64,000 nt of DNA from Octopus vulgaris (Eukaryota): NCBI GenBank assembly GCA_951406725.2, contig OX597815.1:135346001-135410000 (forward strand), read 5' to 3'. Positions 53,203-64,000 of the stretch are shown here, piece after piece; position 1 is the first letter of the stretch; every line of letters begins with the position of its first letter. The translations under genes and the position numbers were made by a program. The notes under the pieces are model-generated. The model was not told the origin of the DNA, searched no databases, and was given only the letters and a program-made list of their open reading frames with translations.

Positions 53203-53462
53203 AGTATGTACATGTGTATGTATAAATGCATATATATATATATATTTAACGGGTTATTTTTTTTCCATTTCCATCTGACAAACCCACTCACAAAGCTTTG
53301 CTCAGTCTACTACTGCAGCAGAAAACACTTGCCCAAGGTGTGGCAATTGAACCCAAGAGCACATGGTTGGGAAGCAATCTTCTTAACTATATAACCATGC
53401 CTGCATCTATCTATACCTATATTATATGATTTATACACATACACGTATATATATATATATAT

Positions 53463-53679
53463 CTTTACTCTTTTACTAGTTTCAGTCATTTGACTGTGGC
53501 CATGCTGGAGCACCACCTTTAGTCGAGCAAAATCGACCCCAGGACTTATTCCTTGTAAACCTAGTACTTATTCTATCGGTCTCATTTGCCAAACCACTAA
53601 GTTACAGGGACGTAAATGCACCAGCATCGGTTGTCAAGCAATGTTGGGGAGGACAAACACAGACACACAAACACACACG

Positions 53680-53731
<52 letters not shown>

Positions 53732-53902
53732 CATAAATACGATAGGCTTCTTTCAGTTTCCGTCTAACAAATCCACTCACAAAGCTTTGGTTGGCCTGAG
53801 GCTATAGTAGAAGACACTTGCCCAAGGTGCCACGCAGTGGGACTGAACCCAGAACTATGTGGTTGGTAAACAAGCTACTTACCACACAGCCACTCCTACG
53901 CC
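53463..53902 (-). mobile_element. Full-length family A SINE
   Basis: Reverse complement of 57567-57955 over both head and tail. Confidence 0.92.
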
Positions 53903-53923
53903 TATATATACATTGTATACATC

Positions 53924-53976
<53 letters not shown>

Positions 53977-55401
53977 GTATATAATATTATATTGTATAAA
54001 TGGTATGTATGTGGGTGGGTGCAGATGTAGAATATATATATAAACATAACTACAAATATAAATCCATATACATCTGCACAACGGAAGCAGAAACAGATGA
54101 AATGTCAGACAAATCTCCATGCTGAAATATTTCTACAGTCAATATGTATAACATAATTTCAGCTAATATTGGTAATGAAATGCCTGCAACTATTCTGGAC
54201 CCAGTGAACTTTGAGAACAGAAGTCTGTAGATTTCTCCTCCCCCTTGCTCTTTCTTTATTCACCCACACCACTTAGATTTAAATCCCTCCTCTCTCCATC
54301 CACACTCAAAAGATGCCACCACCATCAACAGAACCACAATTTGCCATCACCAGTAACATCAACCAATACCATCACTACTATGGCTATCAGTACCACAACC
54401 ACTGATTTTATTACTGTCACTACTGCCATCACTGCCATTATCATCAATACCACCACCACAGCAATCAGAGCCAACACTACCTCCGCTGCCCTTACTTTTA
54501 TCTCAAACCTACCACTGCCTGATCTACTTCGCTCTCACCACCATCACTGCTATCATCAAAAAAAGCAAGAACACTGCTGCCATCACTATCAAGACCACCC
54601 CCACTGTCTCCACCACTAACATTTACAAAGAACAGAAGCCCCCCTGCCGACACTGCTAACACTACAGCTACTAGCATCATCGCCATCACTCCCATCATCA
54701 GTATATCCACCCTTACAAGCATCAACATTGACACCACTCCTGCTGTTGCCAAAAATGTTAACAGTACACAGGAAAACACACATGCAGACACACACACACA
54801 CAGTCGCAAGACAGCACATAATACAGGTAAAAAGAGGTGAACTTGCACTCAGACATGCACATACAGACAAGGAAAATGTTTCTCACTTACAGATACACAC
54901 ACACACACACACGTGCATCAGCAGTACAACCACACGTATTCCTTCAAACACACAGATAAAAATCACAGATATACAACCATGCAGGTATACAGACGCCCAC
55001 ATGCAGTAACAGACACATATGCAAAGACAAAAGCAAATGGGCAAACGCACACACACACACATGCACACACACAGTGTGCACCTATTATTTTCATCCCTCA
55101 ACTAACACACAGACACACACAAAGCTTGTACACACACACACACATATGCATCTACTGCACTCAACAACTTGATGCACATTTTCCTAGCTTTGATGTAACA
55201 GAGAAAGGTGCACTTAATCAACTCTGAATGTAAATGTGCTTGTTTGTTTATATTTTTTTGAAATTTATTGTAAGATGTTATTTAGATCATTTATTTGTAC
55301 ATTATATATACATTTGTCTTATTTATCTTCATCATCATCATCATCATAAGTATTATGATATTTTATTACTATCGTTATTACTACCATTATCATTTACTAT
55401 A

Positions 55402-55433
<32 letters not shown>

Positions 55434-55667
55434 AGATGTGGTTGTTGTTTGTTATAGTCATTTGATCTATGTAATAGGCCTTTCAGTTGTGTTGTCTTCA
55501 AGCCTCCACCACCATCAATCAAGTAATCAATAAATAATAGTGAACAATGGATTAAAAATAAAAATAGCAATAAAATACAACAGAATGAAAGGAAGGAATA
55601 GTATGTATGCATGCGCATGTGTATATGTTAGAGAGAGAGAGAGAGAAGAAAGAGAGATAGAGAGTAA

Positions 55668-55698
<31 letters not shown>

Positions 55699-56301
55699 AG
55701 AGAAAGATTAGATTGCTGTTCCAATTTCTTATAGTGCACCCAATGAAATGCTGACTGGGGTGGTGGGTGAACAGCAGCAATAGCAATGTTGACAACAGAC
55801 TTGTACTACCTTTATTAATGTTACTACTACTAGTATTATTACTACCTCATACTGCTGCTGCAATCTACTAGAAATTCCTCCTCTTTAATCTACCTCCAGT
55901 TGCTGCACAAAAGACAGTACCACCAGATCCACAATAATAACCAGTGACATCGGCATTATTATCCGTCTTCTCCACCATATATCAGTTGACTTCACTTTCC
56001 CATGCACAACGACCTCCACTTCTGAATATTAACAAAACAAAGATTACCATTGGCCTAATCGCCATTACAACTAACATCATCAGCACTGTATATGAAAACC
56101 ACCTCTACAGCAATTTTCCACCACAACAACTAACATCACTACAATAACCACCGATGGAACCAAATCTAGCAGAATTAGTACAACTAGCATTAACAACAAA
56201 TGTAAAAACTGAAGTGCCATCATTTGCAATGTGATACAGTGTTAGATACACTAATTCTGAAGAAAGAAAGAAACCAATGGTATGGTCATGGTAAGACTAA
56301 C

Positions 56302-56339
56302 TTTGGTTATATGCTTTCTCAATCAAAGCAGACCAGCAC
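56302..56339 (-). other. Candidate 38-nt exon encoding calpain-like CWSALIEKAYNQ
   Basis: tgttcttctttag|G TGC TGG TCT GCT TTG ATT GAG AAA GCA TAT AAC CAA A|gttagt. Confidence 0.25.
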
Positions 56340-56797
56340 CTAAAGAAGAACATAATCAGAACCAGGATAAGCGCAAGGTCAACTGCAGTTACATAAAATA
56401 GAGCAAGCTATTGACTTTTCAGTTTGTGTGCTTATATATATATACATATATATACATATACACACACAGAGAGCGAGCGAGAGAGAGAGAGAGAAAAAAA
56501 CGAGATCATTACTACCATTATCATTGATATAATTTAGTTATATATTATGCAGTGCACTGACAAGAGTGCAGTTTGTACTCTTAGCAGGTTGTACTATGTT
56601 AACTACTACTATAACTTAAACAAGCAACGATTACAATAGCAGCAGCCAGCACAAGCACCACTGCTTGCTTGTGCTGATGCACAGAGAAATGTAGGTGGTA
56701 GCGGAAGAGGGTTAAACACAACATCAATTAAATACTGGAAAGGAAAAATAAGAAAAATAAAAAAAAGAGGAGTAACGGGGTGGGGGGAATAAACGAA

Positions 56798-56829
<32 letters not shown>

Positions 56830-57566
56830 ACAAACAGATAAATATCTCTTAACGATACATTAAGAAAATCTAATTTATATACAGATATTTATACAGAAAG
56901 ATGATTTTATTGCAAGTAGATGTGTGACGACATATGCATATAGATGAAAATATGAACGTGAATCTATGTAAGTATACACACAAACACACACACACACATG
57001 TATGTATGCATATATGTCCAACCCATGCCAGCAAGGAACATGGACATTAAATGATGACACATATATACAAATATACATTTATATTTACAGAATGTGCATA
57101 TATCCATATATACAAACATAAATTTACATATATATACACATATAGATGTATATTTATATACATCTCTATATATTTATATATATACTTATATGCATGTATA
57201 TTATGTATACATGCATACATATGTAAATATATTCATACACATATCATCATCATCGTTTAACGTCTGCTATCCATGCTAGAATGGGTTGGACGATTTGACT
57301 GAGGACTGGTGAACCAGATGGCTGCACCAGGTTCCAATCTGATCTGGCAGAGTTTCTACAGCTGGATGCCCTTCCTAATGCCTGAGAGTGAAGTGGGTGC
57401 TTTTACGTGTCACCGGCACGAGGGCCAGTCAGGCGGTACTGGCAACGGCCACGCTCAAATGGTATTTTTTACATGCTACCTGCACAGGAGCCAGTCCAGC
57501 GGCACTGGCAACAACCTCGCTCGAATGTAGATATGTATATATACATATCTATACATACATGTGTAT

Positions 57567-57953
57567 AGGAGTGGCTGTGTGGTAAGTAGCTTGCTAACCA
57601 ACCACATGGTTCTGGGTTCAGTCCCACTGCGTGGCATCTTGGGCAAGTGTCTTCTGCTATAACCCAAGGCCGACCAATGCCTTGTGAGTGGATTTGGTAG
57701 ACGGAAACTGAAAGAAGCCTGTCGTATATATGTATATATATGTATGTGTGTGTGTGTTTGTCCCCTTAGCATTGCTTGACAACCGATGCTGGTGTGTTTA
57801 TGTCCCCGTCACTTAGCGGTTCGGCAAAAGAGACCAATAGAATAAGTACTGGACTTACAAAGAATAAGTCCCGGGGTCGATTTGCTCGACTAAAGGCGGA
57901 GCTCCAGCATGGCCGCAGTCAAATGACTGAAACAAGTAAAAAAGAGTAAAAGA

Positions 57954-57955
<2 letters not shown>
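57567..57955 (+). mobile_element. Full-length family A SINE
   Basis: Complete head, internal microsatellite and tail ending aaagagtaaaagagta. Confidence 0.92.
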
Positions 57956-58012
<57 letters not shown>

Positions 58013-58279
58013 TATTTATATAGGTATACATATATATGTGTATATAAATATCAACTAAGAATTCATGAATGAGAAACAAAAACAGGCATCGTATATTTGT
58101 CAAGTGACTAGGTAGATTAATTATTTATCTAATACAGTATTACAGACTCATTTCAGTAGATTTCGTTAATCTGTTTATGTACATGATATTAGGAAAGCCA
58201 ATCTCAGCATTCATCAGAAGGGCTGGCAGGAAACAGCATAAGGCAGGCTCTTTATTACTGGAGGCCAGAAAGTTTCACA

Positions 58280-58501
58280 GCACAGGTGTGGCTGTGTGGG
58301 AAGAAGCTTGCTTCCCAACCACATGGTTCCAGGTTCAGTCCCACTGCATGGCACCTTGGGCAAGTGTCTTCTAATATAACCTCAGGCTGACCAAAGCCTT
58401 GTGGATAGATTTCATAGACAGAATCTGAAACAAGCCCATCATATATATATATATATAACCCATGCTAGCATGGAAAGCGGACACTAAACGATGATGATGA
58501 T

Positions 58502-58546
<45 letters not shown>

Positions 58547-59040
58547 GGTCTCATTCATTCTTTTGTTGTCATACCATTACTATTAATATATGTATGTGTG
58601 TCTCTTAGCCTTTGTGTTTGTTATCCACCACCACTTGACAGCTGATGTTGGTGTGTTTGTGTCTCTGTAACATAGCACTTTGGCAAAAGAGATCAATAGT
58701 ACTGGGGTCAATTAGTGCGACTAAAAGTTCCATAGCTGCAGTCTAATGACTGAAACAAGTAAAAGAATATACATATATATATATATATATATAACGGGAA
58801 GCTTTATGAAAATAAACAAAAGACAAAGGCAGGTGGAATATAAACAAACAATTGTATTAGTATGGCGCATATACATATATATATATAGTCTTTCATTATT
58901 TGTTTCAGTCATTAGACTGCAGCCATGCTGGGGCACCACCTTGAAAGGTTTAGTGGAACAAATTATTCCCAGTACTTTTCTTACCAGTTTTAAGTTTGGT
59001 TCTTATTCTATCAGTTGTTTTTTATTGAACCACTAAATAT
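58280..59040. mobile_element. Cluster of fragmented family A SINEs in both orientations
   Basis: Head 58280-58440 (+), tail 58600-58770 (+) and tail 58895-59040 (-), separated by (TA)n. Confidence 0.75.
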
Positions 59041-59164
59041 GACTATATCTAACTCTCACTCTCTTTATATATATATATGTGTGCGTATGTGTGTGTTTAT
59101 GTACATTATATATACACATACATATCATATATACATATGCGTGTATATTACATGTATGCGTATA

Positions 59165-59432
59165 AGGTATTCGGCTCACAGCTGTAAGGTCATGAGTTCA
59201 GTTCCTTGCAGCGTGTTGTGTCCTTGGGTGCGACACTTTATTTCCTGTTACTCCAGTCTACTCAGATGGCAAAAATGAATTGTATCTGTATTTCAAAGGG
59301 CCAGCCTTGTCACAATCTGTATCATGCTGACTCTCCCTCAGAATTACATTAAGGATAAACAGCCATCCGCACATTAATGTCATAAACAGGCTTCATTGGA
59401 TCAACCCTCATTGTCATAACTGATGGTGTACC
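59165..59432 (+). mobile_element. Degraded tRNA-derived SINE, family D
   Basis: aggtcatgagttcagttcc B-box-like motif followed by ttgtgtccttgggtgcgacacttta. Confidence 0.6.
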
Positions 59433-59469
59433 ATTAGTGTGTGTGTGTGTGTGTAAATATATATATATA

Positions 59470-59700
59470 GTACCCCAAAAATGAAGAAAAAACAGAAGAA
59501 AAAACAACAATGCGAGGCCATGGTACATGAAAAGTATCAGCAGATGCTCAGGGAAGGAAAGAAAGGTAGTTTTATGTTTCAAGCAAAGCTCTTCTTCAGA
59601 AACAGGAGACAGAGGAAAGTCCAAGAGGAAAGGAAAATGGAGGAGAAAAAAAAAAAATCGCAAACGATCCACATCGTTACATTTTGTGCGTATATGCACA
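59470..59700 (-). mobile_element. Penelope-like-derived repeat with minimal hammerhead-like motif (59573-59599)
   Basis: Minus strand: gttt-CTGAAGAA-gagc ttt gctt-GAAAC-ATA-aaac. Homologous in layout to 5588-5772. Confidence 0.5.
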
Positions 59701-60949
59701 CAAACAAGTATAACAACACACATACATATATATATTTATAGACAGTACTGTTGTGTTCAAAAGACCAGGGGAAATATCTTGAAAATGAAACAAACACACA
59801 CACACACACACACAGGGTTTTATAGCCCTTTAGTTACTTTGCATCTTTGTAAATGTTTTCTTGTTGGAGTGTGTAGAAGTTATTGGAGGTCACATTTGCT
59901 GTATATATATATCTAAAGAAAATTTAACACCTATTAATCTGCAGTTACATAACTCAAACAGCCATTATACTAGTGAGAAATAGATTACTTATTTGATGGA
60001 TTCAATTATATTATATAAATGCATATGAAATATGCAACATAACCAACCTTTGCAACACAGTTCTTAAAATGCATTACTTGTTTGCTGAAGTATTGCATCC
60101 TATTTATTGACACACATGAAGCAATGTGCTAATTGCAAGTGCACTGAAGGCCTTTAGTGCAGTTTGACAGTTGTCACATAATCAATGAGATTAATTTTGA
60201 TGCTGACAGGAAAGGATAAGCAGATTGTGCTTCTCAATACCATCAAAACAAATTGAGTTAGTGAACTAGCTTTATTTAAAAAGAAAAAATGTGGACGACT
60301 CCAATTATGCAATGAAAACATTTAGCTAATCAGGTTGGCTCCTAAAAGACATTAAAACTTTTGGTACATACTAAAAATATGACAAAATAGTTCATAGTTT
60401 GCACAAATTGATAAGGGTGTAACTGAACAAGAGTTTGAAAATAGTGCTAAGTTTCCCAATAAGCAAATGTAGTTTGTGACATAGGATCAAATTATGGTTC
60501 AGTAATTTCTTTTTTTTTTTTTTCTTTTCTAACATATTTATACCATGATTCAGATTTGGAACTGTTTTAACCAGTATTTTGTCACATCAGCAAAAATCTG
60601 TCCAATGGTCTTCTTTGTAAATAGGTAGAAATTTTTCGAATCTAGTTAAAACAATTTATGCATTACATTCAGTAAAAATTAAACAATCCAAAATTGTTGA
60701 TTGAAAATCAGTCAAGCTTTGAGCACAGCTTATAAAAAGGGTAATGAACAGGCAGTCAGGACACAATCAGAGACAGAGGTGGGCAAACAAAGAGAGATGG
60801 AATCATGTGTAAAGTTAGGCTCAGTTCAAGATCAGTTGTTTTCAACAACAAGACCAACCAGTATGATCATTCCGCAACACCCAATGACTAGACTACTACT
60901 GACATATAAATCTTCCTTGGCATGAGACACTTGTAGATATTCACTCACC

Positions 60950-60987
<38 letters not shown>

Positions 60988-61559
60988 TTATCTCTTTCAT
61001 CAACACACAATCACACAAGATGCTACTAAATTATTAAGGCAAGCACAGTATTCTCTTACAGATCTGGTCAATGGAAAAATGAAGATGAAGATAACATAGA
61101 TGATCATGAAGTATGAAGAGTTGACAAAAATATAATAACTTGTATACCTTGATTAACACTGCTGTGTTCAAAGACCAGGTGTTTCACTCTTGTTAGCTAT
61201 AACCATAAATAGGGACAAAAGCAGCTTGCAAATGTAGGCAGATGCAGCACTGAGTAAACTTGCAAGCAATACTGACTTCAAATGCTCTGACAGGCTTGAA
61301 AACTATAAAGCAAAATCTGCTCTAGTTCTCAGTCAGAGATCAACGTTTCCATTACCTCAATTTCTCCAGGATATATAGGATATTGTTCTTATTATTGATT
61401 GCATGTGATAGTAGCTAGCCTGAAACATAGCATTCTACATTAAATAACTCCTCACACACATAGCTACCACTGGGTATATATTTCATTTGATAACAAAAGG
61501 ATCCATAATGATGGATATGAAGATAAGTACAGGGAAGCTCCTAGACAGTAAATACTATT

Positions 61560-62540
61560 TTCTTTCACTTACCTGGATTATCTCAGATATCTTTGATAAA
61601 GGTACAGATGTCATTCTCCCATTTACATAATTTGATTAGTTAGAAACTTTACATATTTTAAGGAAAGTAGAAAACTGGTGATGTTTGAGCTGAGTAATCC
61701 AACAACAGTTTTACCTCGAGGCTGAGTTGATGTTATTTGGAAAATTATATGTAAAATAAGGTCTTCCTTAAGAAGAATTTTATTTTGCATATAATTTATT
61801 TATATTTTTAAAATGTTAGTCATGCTTGTTACACCTACCCAAATCAATTTTTTTAGTATCCTTTCACTGTATTGTAATATATATATATAAAAATAATTCA
61901 TAAATAAGGGCAAACGAAAAAATTTCTAATGCCAAATATGCCGAAAAATTGGACATATTGTCCATTAACCATATAATTTTTTCACACATTATATATAAAA
62001 ATAGATAGGTTTAAGAGAGAATCACTCTCTATCAATTCAATCATCATTGAATGACATTATCCACAATATGTACATATAGGACTAAATATTAAAATTATCA
62101 AAAGTAATATCTACAATTCTTTTTCCAAATTATCAAAATTAAAACCTTCAATTCTTATTACAAATCATATACTTTACATTATTTTGACTACATGCGTTTC
62201 ATGACAACATATTCCTCGATATTGCTGAAATAGAATGTCTCTATACAACACCATATTTAAACAATTACATTGCCAATCTTCAGGTCTAGATTATATGAAC
62301 TTATTTTGTTATTTACACCGTATATTAAGACATGACAAACTAAAATTATATAACTAGAAGTTGTTGGAATAATTTTACTTTAGCAAATAATGAACAGAAA
62401 TGTGGAATAAAAGTCGGAAAAAGAAATGTTAACTTATCTGTATGGTAATTTTCTCTCCATGAATTAAACATGGCTACCATCAAAAGTATAACAGAAGATT
62501 GAGAGCTACTTCGTAAAGGAGATAATTCTTATTAACATTT
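61560..62540 (+). mobile_element. Possible heavily decayed retroelement ORF1/gag remnant with zinc knuckle
   Basis: CQICRKIGHIVH*P at 61930-61971 (CX2CX4H, last Cys missing), preceded by LHLPKSIF. Many stops. Confidence 0.3.
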
Positions 62541-62992
62541 AAAAGTTCTCCAAACGTATTTTCTATTATATATAATAATAATCAGGAGGAGCCAGAAGTG
62601 AGTGCATGATGGGAATAGTCTTTTTTTTTTTCTGGTTAATCTAATTTATTTTTATGTTAACTTTGATAAATAATAAATTTCTAGGTCAGTAAATAGGTAA
62701 ACTAAATTACTCAACATATAATTTTAAAATAATTAAAAAATATTTTGAACTAAGTAAAAGACAGTAAAATTAGTAAAAATCAGTAAAAATCTAATTTTTT
62801 ATTATTTTTATAATTATAATACAATTAATATATATCGATTATACTGTTATTCTTAAGATTGACATTATTCTTAAACTTGAGTTTCTAAATTAAGATTAAA
62901 AGTTTAGAATAATACCATCTAATATTATACTATAGATTTTTATTAAGAAACTAAAATATCTGAAATTAGAAGTTAATTAAATATCATCTTAC

Positions 62993-63034
<42 letters not shown>

Positions 63035-63119
63035 TATATATAAACACACACACACATATATATAAAATTTATATATATATATGTAAATTTTATATACATA
63101 TATAAATTTTATATATATC

Positions 63120-63479
63120 TATCCCTAGTTTCCTCATTGACCACCAGATAAGGGACTGGGGGGACCCTGTCAAAGGCTTTCTCCATGTCAATGAAAGCCA
63201 GGTACAGAGTTTATCTTTGGCTAGGTATTTCTCCTGCAGCTGTCTTACCAGAAATATAGCATCAGTGGTGCTTTTCCCTGGCACAAACCCAAACTGCATC
63301 TCATTTAGACTGACTCCCCCCAAACCTAATTAGTTGGGGTATGACCCTCTCTGTGACCATTACCTGATCCAACAACATGATACCTCTGTAATGATTTGTA
63401 TCTAACCTGTCACCTTTACCTTTGTAGCAGTTGACAATGGTGCTACTACACCAGTCATTGGGTATGACTCCTTCATGTT
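63120..63479 (-). mobile_element. RTE LINE RT fragment
   Basis: HEGVIPNDWCSSTIVNCYKGKGD..YRGIMLLDQVM and NEMQFGFVPGKSTTDAIFLVRQLQEKYLAKDK..LIWWSMRKLGID. Confidence 0.92.
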
Positions 63480-63948
63480 CTTTCAAGCCTTCGCCATAAC
63501 TTGATTTATCTTTCTATCTCTCTCTCTACAAAATTTAACCTTAGGCGAGGCTACCTCAAGCCGTAATCCCATCTCTTCCCATCTCTTCCCATCTTTCAGC
63601 CATCTTTCAGCCATTGGCGGTCTTTTTTCCTCCTCTTACCATTACGATTCTACAATTTAAATTCCCAATTCAACTAACTTACTTCTTAAATTTCAACTCC
63701 CGATCGATGTCCGCAGCAAGTTCTTTAAAAATTTATCTTAATATTTCCATTCGTTGTTACTACGTTTATTCATACATTGTTACGAAAATTTAACCTTTTA
63801 AGGCTACTTTCAAGCCTTCGCCATAACTTGATTTATCTTTCTATCTCTCTCTCTACAAAATTTAACCTTAGGCGAGGCTACCTCAAGCCGTAATCCCATC
63901 TCTTCCCATCTCTTCCCATCTTTCAGCCATCTTTCAGCCATTGGCGGT
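63480..63948. repeat. Perfect 142-bp direct duplication (63480-63621 = 63807-63948)
   Basis: ctttcaagccttcgccataac...ccatctttcagccattggcggt is identical in both copies, offset 327 bp. Confidence 0.95.
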
Positions 63949-64000
63949 GCGCCCGCCCCCCCACCCCCACCACCAATACCGATGAACACTGTTCTCACCC
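63930..64000 (-). promoter_or_regulatory. CpG/GC-rich promoter-like or first-intron segment
   Basis: Minus strand has a G-run, GC box GGGCGG, CCAAT and YY1-like AAGATGGC. A possible donor G|gtgaga sits at the window edge. Confidence 0.3.

Noticed and set aside
54245-54870. Thr/His-rich mucin-like ORFs
   Set aside because: Degenerate (CAC/CAT/ACT)n low-complexity DNA, open in several frames on both strands.
61567-61576. Consensus minus-strand splice donor CCAG|GTAAGT
   Set aside because: No convincing acceptor or open frame upstream, and it overlaps a probable decayed retroelement.
62580-63000. Very AT-rich tract as a possible mitochondrial insertion (also 34690-35460)
   Set aside because: No recognisable mitochondrial protein, tRNA or rRNA motif.

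Overview
AT-rich, microsatellite-dense eukaryotic DNA, most likely intronic or intergenic coleoid cephalopod (Octopus-type) sequence, judged from its tRNA-derived SINE families and RTE LINEs. I could not recognise any complete protein-coding gene. Nearly all listed ORFs are artefacts of microsatellites or repeats. The window is a layered record of transposons: several SINE families, at least three RTE families, a CR1/L2-group LINE, an R4/Dong-type 3' fragment, a mariner relic, a non-autonomous Helitron, hAT- and piggyBac-like MITEs, and two nested insertions with clear 12-bp target-site duplications. The most interesting signal is a set of Penelope-type minimal hammerhead ribozyme motifs. The best one (28509-28612) has an intact core, a palindromic stem III and an unusually long (~85 nt) stem II, inside a ~570-bp element flanked by direct repeats. 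Long palindromes, several low-confidence minus-strand exon candidates (one with a calpain-like WSALIEKAY motif), and a perfect 142-bp duplication next to a CpG-rich promoter-like end are also present. All family assignments come from by-eye motif recognition, not database searches.
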